Shown here: piece by piece, positions 13,126 through 21,994 of the stretch | Numbering within the stretch: position 1 is the stretch's first letter | Layout of the letters: each line of letters begins with the position of its first letter | From: Acidobacteriota bacterium | GTDB taxonomy: Bacteria; Acidobacteriota; Polarisedimenticolia; Gp22-AA2 | Reading direction: 5' to 3' | Assembly (NCBI GenBank): GCA_003223135.1 | Contig: QHXX01000023.1 | Coordinates: 64,120 to 128,119, forward strand | DNA: 64,000 nt | The notes under the pieces: model-generated | Told to the model about the DNA's origin: nothing | The model's database searches: none | The model's input: the letters and a program-made list of their open reading frames with translations, nothing else | Translations under genes and position numbers: made by a program

Positions 13126-14065
13126 GGGAGGGTCGAGGCGCCGGTATCGGCACTTCTTTCGGCAGCCTCTCCAGAGGACCTTCCTTCGTGTTCAGCGGAT
13201 AGTCGACGAGGCTGAGGCTGAGGTAGAGCCCGCTCATGGGCGATACCTCGACCGATTTCAAGTCGATCGGAACGTACCCCGGGGAGAAGACCAGCACACG
13301 GTACCGCCCCGGCGGGACGGCGGGGATCGCGAACGATCCGTCGTCCCCGGAGACGGCCTGGAAGAGCCCCTTCCCGTCCAGCGCCACGATCGTCACCGGC
13401 ACGTCGGCGACCGGCCGCTTCTCCGCATCCACGAAGGTGCCGCGGAAAGGGACCCCGGTCGCCGCCTCGGGCGCGCCGTCCCGGGGGATGCCGTCGCCCG
13501 CGCCCGCTGGCTTTCTCTTCGCCACGAGCCCGGCGAGCGGGTCCGCCTTGTCGTCCTTGTGCGGTCCGACCTCGAAATCGACGATGTTCCGGAACGGCGG
13601 CCTGACCTCGATTCGCCCCTTCTTGCGGGCCGCGTCGTCACCGGCTCCGATTTCGATGTCGTACGTCCCGGCAGGCAGGTCCTTGAAGACGTACTGTCCC
13701 TTGTCGTTCGTTCCCGTGACACGCAGCTGACCGTCCTGACCACGCGCCGAGAGCTGCACCATCCACCCGCTCAGCGGTTTCTTCTTCGCGTCGTAGACTG
13801 CGCCGACGATGGTGCCGAAGACGATGCGCCCGATCTTTCCTCCCGCGGCCGTCGGCGCGGCCTGGTTCCCCTGGGACGCGGGCGCGCCGGAAGCGCCCTG
13901 CGCCGAACCCGGGTCGTCCTGGGGGGCAGGGGAGGGCGCCGGCCTCGGCTCGTCGGCGCGCGGCGCGATGCCGGGGGCGAGCAGAATTGCCGTGAGCAGG
14001 ACCGCCGGAACCAGGCGACCCGACGCCCCGGACCGCCGTGGTGCCCGTCCCGAGATGATGGACAT
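13106..14065 (-). CDS. secreted protein with two carboxypeptidase-regulatory-like (CarbopepD_reg) beta-sandwich domains
   Basis: Internal ATG (MSIISGRAP..., signal peptide) of ORF 13106..14146; two repeats resembling the CarbopepD_reg_2 fold with Pro/Ala-rich linker; convergent 20-nt overlap with VWA gene. Confidence 0.55.
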   Translation of the reverse strand: MSIISGRAPRRSGASGRLVPAVLLTAILLAPGIAPRADEPRPAPSPAPQDDPGSAQGASGAPASQGNQAAPTAAGGKIGRIVFGTIVGAVYDAKKKPLSGWMVQLSARGQDGQLRVTGTNDKGQYVFKDLPAGTYDIEIGAGDDAARKKGRIEVRPPFRNIVDFEVGPHKDDKADPLAGLVAKRKPAGAGDGIPRDGAPEAATGVPFRGTFVDAEKRPVADVPVTIVALDGKGLFQAVSGDDGSFAIPAVPPGRYRVLVFSPGYVPIDLKSVEVSPMSGLYLSLSLVDYPLNTKEGPLERLPKEVPIPAPRPSPTSQSS

Positions 14066-14096
14066 GGTGAAGGAATTATAGTCCAAGATCGCCGCC

Positions 14097-14558
14097 ATGA
14101 AATTCGCCGCCGACTGCATGCTCGGGACCCTCGCCAAGTGGCTCATCCTGCTGGGCCATGACGTCGCCTACTTCCCCCGCATCGAGGACCCCGAGCTGGT
14201 TCAGATGGCCCGCCGGGAGGGCCGCACGATCCTGACGCGCGACCGGAGGCTCGTGCAGCGGAGGGACGCGAAGGACCACATCCTGATCGAAAGCCAGAAC
14301 CTGCGCGACCAGATCCGCCAGGTGCTCGAGGAGCGGCGCCTCCGCATTCGTAAAGATAGCCTTTTCCGCCGCTGCATCAAGTGCAATCGACGCACGCTTG
14401 CGGTCGCCAGAACCAGCGTGCGCGCCGAAGTCCCGCCTTTCGTCTACAGGATGAAGCGCCGCTTCACCCGCTGCCCGGGCTGCCGCCAGGTCTTCTGGCG
14501 GGCGACGCACGTGGACCGGATGTTCCAGGACCTGCGGGCGCGGCTCGGACGGCCGTGA
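14097..14558 (+). CDS. Mut7-C RNase (PIN-like) domain protein with C-terminal zinc ribbon
   Basis: MKFAADCMLGTLAKWLILLGHDV... plus C-terminal CxxC...CxxC (RCIKCN...RCPGC); typical ~150-aa Mut7-C/DUF82 architecture. Confidence 0.75.
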   Translation: MKFAADCMLGTLAKWLILLGHDVAYFPRIEDPELVQMARREGRTILTRDRRLVQRRDAKDHILIESQNLRDQIRQVLEERRLRIRKDSLFRRCIKCNRRTLAVARTSVRAEVPPFVYRMKRRFTRCPGCRQVFWRATHVDRMFQDLRARLGRP

Positions 14559-14577
14559 GTCGAGATGATCCGTTCGT

Positions 14578-14607
14578 TTGACAACCCGTCGGCCGCCGGG
14601 CTAGCAT
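14578..14607 (+). promoter_or_regulatory. sigma70-type promoter for tRNA-Val/tRNA-Asp (TTGACA-18 nt-TAGCAT)
   Basis: TTGACA at 14578-14583, 18-nt spacer, TAGCAT at 14602-14607, ~35 nt upstream of tRNA-Val 5' end. Confidence 0.5.
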
Positions 14608-14642
14608 GACCCGCTTCAGCAAAGGCGCGCGGCGGCCTCGTT

Positions 14643-14717
14643 GGGCGGTTAGCTCAGCGGGAGAGCACCTGCCTTACAAGCAGGGGGTCACTGGTTCGAA
14701 TCCAGTATCGCCCACCA
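14643..14717 (+). tRNA. tRNA-Val (anticodon TAC)
   Basis: Cloverleaf folded by hand: acceptor GGGCGGT/ATCGCCC (one G-T wobble), anticodon stem CCTGC/GCAGG, loop CTTACAA, T-arm GGTTCGAATCC, encoded CCA. Confidence 0.93.
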
Positions 14718-14765
14718 TGGGCCCCCGTCAGCGTGAGGGGGGCGCCGCGGGTCCCACCCGAGTGC

Positions 14766-14842
14766 GGGGTCGTAGTTCAGCTGGTTAGAACGCCGGCCTG
14801 TCAAGCCGGAGGTCGCGGGTTCGAGCCCCGTCGACCCCGCCA
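14766..14842 (+). tRNA. tRNA-Asp (anticodon GTC)
   Basis: Acceptor GGGGTCG/CGACCCC, anticodon stem CCGGC/GCCGG, loop CTGTCAA, T-loop GTTCGAG, discriminator G, encoded CCA. Confidence 0.93.
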
Positions 14843-14856
14843 TCGTCTCCAGCGCA

Positions 14857-15420
14857 ATGCAGGATCGAGTCGTCCTGGAACGGTTGCACGGCGGAGCGGT
14901 CCTGCGCGCCATCCTCGACGCGCCGCCTGGGAACATCCTCGACATCGCCACGCTCTCCGACCTGAACCGTCGGGTCGCCGCCGAAGGCGGCTCCAAAGCA
15001 CTCAAGGCCATCGTCTTCGAGGGGGCCGGTCCCAACTTCTCCTTCGGCGTGAGCATCCAGGAGCATCGCACGGACACCGTCGAGGAAATGCTTCGCGCCT
15101 TCCACGATCTGTTCAGAACACTCCTGCGGCTCGACCGGGTCCTGGTCGCGGTGGTGCGCGGCCGATGCCTGGGCGGCGGGTTGGAGCTGGCAAGTTTCTG
15201 CCACCGCGTCTTTGCTCACCCGCGGGCCCGACTCGGGCAGCCGGAGATCAATCTGGGGGTCTTTCCGCCGCTGGCCTCGGTCATTCTCCCCCTGCGCTGC
15301 GGCCAGGCGGTTGCCGACGAAGTCTGCCTGACCGGCCGGACGTTTTCCGCCCGCGAGGCCCTGGCACGGCGCCTCGTCGATGAAATCGCCGCCGATCCGC
15401 GGCGCGCCGCGGACCGATGG
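14857..15420 (+). CDS. enoyl-CoA hydratase/isomerase (crotonase-fold) protein, apparently 3'-truncated
   Basis: First ~185 aa of ORF 14857..16569 match crotonase fold (GAGPNFSFG oxyanion region, GGGLELA, FG.PE..LG..P); homology ends near 15420 where the opposite-strand nitrilase domain ends; rest of the ORF is antisense artefact; no SD upstream. Confidence 0.5.
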
Positions 15421-18400
15421 ATCGCGAAGCATCTCCGGACGGCTGTAGTGTCCGGTGACGTCGAGGGCCATGCTCTCCTCGGCGATTTTCCCGAGGTCGA
15501 GGTCGGCGACGAGAATCTCTTCCCGGTCGAACACCGGGCCCGCCAGAATCGAGCCGTCCGGCGCGATGATGCACGACCCTCCGGCGCAGACCAGGGTGTC
15601 GGGCCTGCTCTTGATCTCGGCCGGAAGCTCCAAGTCCCGGGGAAGGTCGCGGGCCGCGGTGATCGAGCCCGCGGCCAGGACGAAGCAGCGCCCCTCGAAG
15701 GCGTAATGGCGGCTGGCGACCAGATACATGTCGCGAACGGTCGGCCAGTTGGCGACGTGGATCTCCTCGGCCGACTCGTGCATCGCCTGCCGGGCCAGCG
15801 GCATCCAGTGCTCCCAGCAGATGAGCGAGCCGACCCGGCCGGCGGAGGTCGTGACGGCCTCCAGACCGCTCCCGTCGCCCTGACCCCAGACCAGCCGCTC
15901 GGCGTGGGTAGGTACCAGCTTTCGGTGGCGGCTCAGGATCGACCCGTCGGATCCGATGAGCAGATTCGTGTTGTAGAGCGTCCCGTGGCCGGGGCCGGCC
16001 TCCACCTTCTCGTGCGCCCCGATGACGATCACCAGGCCATTCTCGCGGGCGGCGTCGCACAGGCGATCGGTCTCCGGGCCGGGAATGACGGGGCTGTTCT
16101 GGGCCAGCCGGGCGTAGGCCCGCTTGGCCGGCGCATGGTCCCAGGTGGCCGACCCGGGGCAGAGGTCGAGCCAGGCGGGATACCCGGGGAGCCACGACTC
16201 CCCGAAGGCCACCAGGTGCTCGGTCACCGGCTTGTCCTGGATGATGGTGCTCCTTTCATGGCTTCCATCGTCCATTTCGAGATCGATCGGAATGTACATC
16301 TTCTTGAAAGTGTCGTCTGCAGGCTGCTCGGAGCGGCCCTCCAGCAGGAACCCACCGTCCACCCGGGGCTGGATGCGGTATTCGATGTGGATCCTCGGGA
16401 TGCCGCCATGGCGAACCCACTGATCGAAGAACCACCCCATGTCCTGGCCCAGGACCTCCCCGGCGACGCTCTCGAGGAGGTCGGTCGTCCCCCTCCCGTC
16501 CTGCGCGGCCCGCGCGAGAAAGCGCCGCAGGATCGCGAAGAAATTCTCGTCCCCTGCGATGCCGCGTAGCATGTGAAGCACGAGCGGACCACGGTCGAGG
16601 AGGAGTCTTTCCCTCTGTGGCATGCCCTTCGGTCCCGTGTGAAGGCTGGCGCCTTCGATCGACCCCGCCCCGGCAGACTTGCGGGCGTCGTGCCACCAGC
16701 GCGCCCGAATTTCTGAAGCATGCTTCCGTCCGGTCTCGTCCTTCAACAGCGCTTCCGTGGCCATGCCGGCGAAATATTCCGCCGCAGACTGGTACAGCCA
16801 GGCATCCTCATCCGAAATGACGAAGGCATCCATGCCGAACCACTGGTGCGCTACTTCGTGGGCCAGTATTTCTTCCCCCAACGCGGTTCCCGCTTCGAGG
16901 CGCTTCAGGACGTGAGGCTTGAGGAGGACCATTCCGGAAGCACCGAGCCCGTCGAACGGCGTCCGAGCCCGGGGGACTTCGACGATGTCGAGAGCCTCCT
17001 CGCGGTATGCGCCGAGTCGGTCGGCGAAGAAGTCGAGGAAGAAGCCGGCGTGTTTCGCCATCCTCGAGAGGAGGTCGTCGTCTTCCCGGAGAAGATGGAC
17101 CCGCACCGGTGTGATGCCGGCCAGGAATTCCCGAGTGTGGTAGGCGCCGGCAAGAAGAGGCACCCACCGTTTCGGGACCCGCGCTGCGACCTCAAGCTCG
17201 CGTACATTCCCCGACTGGCGGGAGGACCTGACTTCGCCCGGCGCGACGGCCACCACAGGCGCCCGCGTCCTGACGTCGAGCGTGTAGGTGAACAAGCCCG
17301 GATCCGGGGCAACCGGTTCGGGGTACCAGGAGAACCAGTCGAACGAGAAGGAGCTGTCCTCTCGACCCTTGACCGCGAACACGTCTCCTTCGCACTCGAA
17401 CCGAAGGCGCACCGTCGCGCCCCGAGCCGGGGCTGCAGGCAGGCGCACCAGGACACGACCGACCCGGTGGGCGAACTCGAGGGCGCGACCCTGATCGTCC
17501 GTGACCCGCCTCAGGTAGAGGACACGCTCGTCGGACGCGGGACCGCGGGCGCGCGGATTCCTGTGGCTCACCAGTTGGAACGGGAGGACATGGACACCCT
17601 CACGCGTGATGCTACAAGTCAGCTCGCTGACGATCGAGCCCGACCTGTTGTCGGCGGTGGCCACCTCCAGCCGCGCGTCCAGGAGCCGCGCCATGGCCGG
17701 CTCGCCGCGATCGTCCCCGCCCCGCCGGGCCGCGGTCAGTGCTCGATACCCTCCCTCCCTGGGATCCCAGACGGACAAGCTGCTGAGGAAAAGCTCGGCC
17801 TCATCCCACTCGTGCTCGAGGTCCATCATCCCACCACTGAAGCTGGCCTTCAGGTATTTCCCCCCGTTCATATCCGCAGTGGCGAGCACCTGATCGATCG
17901 ACTCCCACTCCATCGCCCTCGCCAAATACTTCGTTTGCCTTGCGGGAGAGCTGTCAGAAAGGCCGATGTCTTCCCCGTGACCGTCGGCGACGGCCTTGGT
18001 TGTTCCCCAATCCCCGTTGGCCGGATCGAAGGACGACACGACGAGAACCTGGTCGAAACGGTCCGCGAAGATACCCTCGTGATAGAGGTCGAGCATATTC
18101 CTGCGTTCCAGGCTGCTCTCGAGGAGGCGCCCCTCCACGGGGTCGTCCGCCCGGTATGTGAACCGCCCCTCTCCTTCGAAGAGGAGACCCGCTTTCACAC
18201 CCGCACGGGTCGTGATCGGATAGATCCATCCCGCCGTGAGCGTCACGTCCATGCCCCCCAGCATCATTTCCCTGTCCCGCACCGGCACACCCTCCCTGCC
18301 GACGGCGAGGGAGCGGTAGTCCTCCAGAATCGCTTGCAGGCTGTCGGGGCGGGGCGCCTCGGCCTGAGACGGAGCGGGGAGGCCACCCGGGACGATCCCC

Positions 18401-18462
18401 AGCAAGACCAACGGTATCCGCAGGCACCACCGCGTTCCGGAATGATGGCTGGCAGCTCTCAT
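15412..18462 (-). CDS. secreted M1-family zinc metallopeptidase fused to C-terminal nitrilase/carbon-nitrogen hydrolase domain (3' end unresolved: no in-frame stop until 14785-14787, inside tRNA-Asp)
   Basis: ORF 14785..18708; start taken at internal ATG 18462 (signal peptide MRAASHHSGTRWCLRIPLVLLGIVPGGLPAPSQA, GAGGA SD 6 nt upstream); gluzincin motifs GASGM(GxMEN-like), HEVAHQWFG, downstream Glu (EYFA); then nitrilase domain with E-K-C triad context (LVAFGESWLPGYPAW ... RKLVPT ... LICWEHWMP ... GHYSRPEML). Confidence 0.75.
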
Positions 18463-18787
18463 GGACGTCCTCGGATGGAGTCCTATCATGTCCCAAATCG
18501 GCGTGACGGTAGCGGAGAGATCCAAGAAATCGGCCCACGGTATGAAATCCTGTTGATCCTCCGGGGATTTGAGCGTATATGAGACGTCGTCGAGGGAACA
18601 CCGTGAGCGCTTTCCAGACGATCTCCAGGAAGCTCCGCAGCGGCGCCAGCGCCGTCTGCGCCATGGTGTCCCCCGCCTGTTGCTGCTGTTGTTGTTGTCG
18701 GCCAACACGGCCGACCGGCGGCAGCGGGCTTGGAGGGTTCATAGAGTAGCGAAGTAGCAGGGCTCTCCAGGGTATTCGGAGGAAATC

Positions 18788-18828
18788 TCAAACCCACTGC
18801 CGGTGGCAGTGGGTTTTTTGTTTTTCGG
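18788..18828 (+). terminator. rho-independent terminator (9-bp stem CCCACTGCC/GGCAGTGGG, GGTG loop, TTTTTTGTTTTT)
   Basis: Perfect hairpin at 18793-18814 followed by U-tract on + strand only; lies in the divergent M1-peptidase/cysH intergenic region ~60 nt upstream of cysH start. Confidence 0.6.
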
Positions 18829-18877
18829 GACTCTTTCCGGGCCGGCCTCAGGGCCCTCAACCGAGAGGAGCACGCGA

Positions 18878-19624
18878 GTGGACGTGATCCAGACCGTGAC
18901 CGAGATCGACCCAACCGAGATCCAGGCCGAGCTTCAGCGAGTCTCGGGCGCGTTCGAGTCGAGTTCCCCCCAGGACGTGCTGCGCTGGGGGCTCGAGAAG
19001 TTCCGCGGCGGCATCACGCTGGCCTGTTCCTTCGGCGCCGAGGACGTGGCGCTGGTGGACATGATCGCCCGCATGGATCGTTCCGTCCCGGTTTTCTTCC
19101 TCGACACCGAGTACCTCTTCGCGGAGACCTTCGAGGTCCGCGATCGGATCGTCGAGAGGTACGGCATCCGCCCGCTGGGTGTGAAGCCGGTCCTGACGAT
19201 CGACGAGCAGGCGGCCCTGCACGGGCCGGATCTGTTCGCGCGCCGACCGGACCAGTGCTGCAAGATCCGCAAGGTCGAACCGCTGCGCCGACACCTCGGC
19301 GGCTTCCAGGCCTGGGTCACCGGCATCCGGCGTGACCAGGCCCCGACGCGGGCCAACGCCGGCCTCGTCGAGTGGGACAAGCTGTTCAACCTGGTCAAGC
19401 TGAATCCCCTGGCGCGCTGGAAGTCGGAAGACGTCTGGGCCTACATCCGCGCCCACGACGTCCCGTACAACGTTCTGCACGATCGCAATTACCCGTCCAT
19501 CGGCTGCACTCCCTGCACGCGCCCTGTCCAGCCGGGCGAGGATCCGCGGGCCGGCCGCTGGGCGAATTTCCAGAAGAAGGAGTGCGGGCTGCACACCGAG
19601 TCCGGGCCGGGGCGGGCTGCCTGA
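18878..19624 (+). CDS. cysH: phosphoadenylyl-sulfate/adenylyl-sulfate reductase (thioredoxin-dependent, Fe-S type)
   Basis: PAPS-reductase fold (LACSFGAEDVALVDM...), CC...CxxC cysteine pairs (CCKIRK, GCTPCT) typical of APS reductase; start at GTG 18878 preceded by GAGAGGAG SD (7-nt spacer) inside ORF 18803..19624. Confidence 0.85.
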   Translation: MDVIQTVTEIDPTEIQAELQRVSGAFESSSPQDVLRWGLEKFRGGITLACSFGAEDVALVDMIARMDRSVPVFFLDTEYLFAETFEVRDRIVERYGIRPLGVKPVLTIDEQAALHGPDLFARRPDQCCKIRKVEPLRRHLGGFQAWVTGIRRDQAPTRANAGLVEWDKLFNLVKLNPLARWKSEDVWAYIRAHDVPYNVLHDRNYPSIGCTPCTRPVQPGEDPRAGRWANFQKKECGLHTESGPGRAA

Positions 19625-19663
19625 GCCGCCTCGGCCGTGGTGACCGCCCTCCGGGAGGTTGTC

Positions 19664-21445
19664 ATGCCGATCGATGATGCCGTCAAGACACAGGCGCCGC
19701 CCCGCCGCTTCGCCTCGGCGAAGGACATCGAGGAATTCGTCTCGGTCCTCGAGGCGTACGAGCGGGGCGTCATCGGGCCGGACGAGTTCCGCACGTTCCG
19801 CCTGACGCGCGGCATCTACGGCCAGAGGCAGGACGACGTCCAGATGATCCGCGTCAAGATCCCGCAGGGGATCCTGAGCGGCGACCAGCTGCGCCGCCTG
19901 GGGCGCGTGGCGCGGGAACACTCGCGCGGATTCGGGCACGTCACCACGCGTCAGAACGTGCAGTTCCACTTCGTCAAGATGGCGGCCGTCCCGAAGGCGA
20001 TGGAGGCCCTCGAGGCGGTCGGGCTGACGACGCGCGAGGCCTGCGGCAACACGGTGCGCAACATCACCGCCTGTCCGATGGCCGGCGTATGCGCCGACGA
20101 GCCGTTCGACGTCACGCCCTACGGCGAGGCGCTCACGCGCTTTTTCCTGCGCAACCCGATCTGCCAGGCCCTGCCGCGCAAATTCAAGATCGCGCTCAGC
20201 GGCTGTCCCACCGACTGCGCCATGGGCGCCATGCACGACATCGGCGTCATCGCGCGCACCCGCGAGGTGGACGGGAGGCGCGAGATCGGCTTCAAGGTCG
20301 TCATCGGGGGCGGCCTGTCGGTGTCGCCGCAGAATGCCTGGGTGCTGCACGAGTTCCTCCCGCCCGAGAGACTCCTGCCCGTGTGCGAAGCGATCGTGCG
20401 CGTCTTCGACCGCACCGGCAACCGCAAGAACAAGGGGCAGGCGCGCATGAAGTACGCCATCCGCAAGCTCGGCTTCGAGACGTTCAAGGCGGAGATCGAG
20501 AAGGAGCTTTTCGGTCTGCCGGCGATGCGCGACCCGGAAGCCGGCCGGTACGTCGAGGACGCGCGCCCTCCGCGTCCGGAAGCCCCGGCGGACCTTCACA
20601 CCCGCATCGCGCGCTCGGGGGTCCCCTCCTTCCGCGCTTGGGCGGCGACCAACACACGGCCGCAGAGGCAGCGTGGCTACTCGATGGCCTTCATCACCCT
20701 GCCGCGCGGCGACGTCACCACCGAGCAGTTCGAGGCGATCGCCGGCATCGCCGAGACCTACGGCAACGGCGCGGTGCGCACGGCGCAGGACCAGAACATC
20801 CTCGTGCGCTGGGTGAAGAGCGAGGAGCTCCCGGCCGTGCACCGGGCGCTCGAGGCCATCGGCCTGGGACAGGGCGAGGCGGGGCGGTTGCTCGATCCGA
20901 CGTCCTGTCCCGGGGCCGAGTCCTGCAAGATCGCCATCACCGGCTCGCGCGAGCTGGCGCTGGCGGTGAAGAGCGCCTTGAGCGCTTCGGCCGGCAACGG
21001 CGGCGGGCACCTCGTCGAGGCCGCCTCCGACCTGCGCATCAAGATCAGCGGCTGCCCGAACTCCTGCGGCCAGCACCACGTCGCCGGCATCGGCTTCCAC
21101 GGCGCCGCCCGCAACGCGAACGGCTGCGCTGTCCCGGCCTACCAGATGTTCCTCGGCGGCAGCGTCGATGGGGACGGAGCCCACTTCGGCAGGCGCTCCG
21201 CCAAGATCCCGGCCCGCCGCGTGCCCGAGGCGCTCACCCGCCTCCTGGCATTGTTCCGCGACGAGCGTCTCCCCGGCGAATCGGCGCTGGCTTTTTACAA
21301 GCGCGTCGACCTCGAACGCGTCAACACGGTTCTCGCCGACCTGACGACCTGCTCCGAGGCCGATCTGCGGGACGACGACTTCAAGGACATCGGGTCGGAC
21401 AGGCCGTTCGAGATGGAGGTCGGCGAAGGGGAGTGCGCGACCTAG
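19664..21445 (+). CDS. sir: ferredoxin-dependent sulfite reductase (nitrite/sulfite reductase family, siroheme/4Fe-4S)
   Basis: Two nitrite/sulfite reductase ferredoxin-like half-domains and 4Fe-4S/siroheme Cys cluster (CPxxC, CPNSCGQHH); start ATG 19664 with GGGAGG SD; immediately downstream of cysH. Confidence 0.85.
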   Translation: MPIDDAVKTQAPPRRFASAKDIEEFVSVLEAYERGVIGPDEFRTFRLTRGIYGQRQDDVQMIRVKIPQGILSGDQLRRLGRVAREHSRGFGHVTTRQNVQFHFVKMAAVPKAMEALEAVGLTTREACGNTVRNITACPMAGVCADEPFDVTPYGEALTRFFLRNPICQALPRKFKIALSGCPTDCAMGAMHDIGVIARTREVDGRREIGFKVVIGGGLSVSPQNAWVLHEFLPPERLLPVCEAIVRVFDRTGNRKNKGQARMKYAIRKLGFETFKAEIEKELFGLPAMRDPEAGRYVEDARPPRPEAPADLHTRIARSGVPSFRAWAATNTRPQRQRGYSMAFITLPRGDVTTEQFEAIAGIAETYGNGAVRTAQDQNILVRWVKSEELPAVHRALEAIGLGQGEAGRLLDPTSCPGAESCKIAITGSRELALAVKSALSASAGNGGGHLVEAASDLRIKISGCPNSCGQHHVAGIGFHGAARNANGCAVPAYQMFLGGSVDGDGAHFGRRSAKIPARRVPEALTRLLALFRDERLPGESALAFYKRVDLERVNTVLADLTTCSEADLRDDDFKDIGSDRPFEMEVGEGECAT

Positions 21446-21489
21446 GAGGGCGGTTCGCTCTCCGTATGATTGGAAAACCCGCTCCGGGT

Positions 21490-21900
21490 GGCGGGCCGCA
21501 GCGGGGTGCGGCTCATGCTCGCTCGCGCCGGCACTTCTGTGTCCATCCGCTCCGCATGGCGCGGCTCGAAATCGCCGCACCCCGCTGCGCCCCGCCACCT
21601 GACCTTCGGGATGATTCCTGCGGCTGATCGGGTCGCCCTCCGCTCGAATCGCAACGAGGGCGGTCGACCCGATGCCCACCGCCTGCGACAGCCTCGGGCT
21701 TTCTTGGTCGGTTGCCATCCACTTCCTCTCTGACGTTGGCCGCTGACGTGGTCTCGGCGGTGAGCGGCGCCGGGGGGCGCGCCCGCCGGGCCGTCTGAGA
21801 CCGCGCGCCGGGGCCCCGCCGCGCGCTTCACAGCGCGGTGGGCGGCGCGTGGCGAAGCGAGGGGAGGCTTGCGCAGCAAGCCGGACCCGTGCCCGGCGGG
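21490..21900. repeat. intergenic dispersed repeat, copy A (two conserved blocks ~21490-21610 and ~21799-21890)
   Basis: Block 1 (~80% identical to 37918-38040, with 28 identical nt GCATGGCGCGGCTCGAAATCGCCGCACC) and block 2 (~96% identical over 92 nt to 38157-38248, containing hairpin GGCTTGCGCAGCAAGCC). Confidence 0.6.
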
Positions 21901-21994
21901 TGCGCCCCCCGGCGCCGCATGCACCCGGAAAGACTTGACGCCCGGCCGGTACAACGAGTAGAAACGCGGCGCACCGACAAACAAGGAGCCCGTG

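Noticed and set aside
15421-16569. Continuation of the + strand crotonase ORF to 16569 (570 aa)
   Set aside because: Only the first ~185 aa look like a crotonase; the remainder is antisense to the conserved nitrilase and M1 domains and has no recognisable features
18569-18757. 62-aa + strand ORF (TTG start, poly-Leu) and 18742- ORF (poly-Gln) in the M1/cysH intergenic region
   Set aside because: Rare TTG/CAA codons for this genome, no SD; the minus ORF runs through the M1 gene in another frame; more likely non-coding
18600-18790. SAM (S-box) riboswitch upstream of cysH
   Set aside because: Could not find the conserved S-box core (e.g. AGAGNGGC...GGGA...kink-turn) by eye; left as unassigned leader/terminator
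14559-18800. Integrated mobile element / prophage at the tRNA-Val-Asp locus
   Set aside because: No integrase, transposase or phage genes and no obvious direct repeats of the tRNA 3' end; only the gene-truncation anomaly is reported
21556-21627. Conserved 'MARLEIAAPRC...' peptide encoded in both repeat copies (also 37984...)
   Set aside because: Identity is at nucleotide level (28/28 nt) and then diverges without synonymous-only variation; there is no SD upstream; interpreted as RNA/DNA element rather than a protein
18857-21718. 953-aa minus-strand ORF spanning cysH and sir (and similar long ORFs 21442..22242-, 22076..23953-, 26221..29253+, 29659..32472+, 3172..5073-)
   Set aside because: Low-complexity Arg/Gly/Pro/Asp-rich translations with no domain signatures; they are the antisense or shifted frames of well-supported genes in a ~68% GC genome where stop codons are rare
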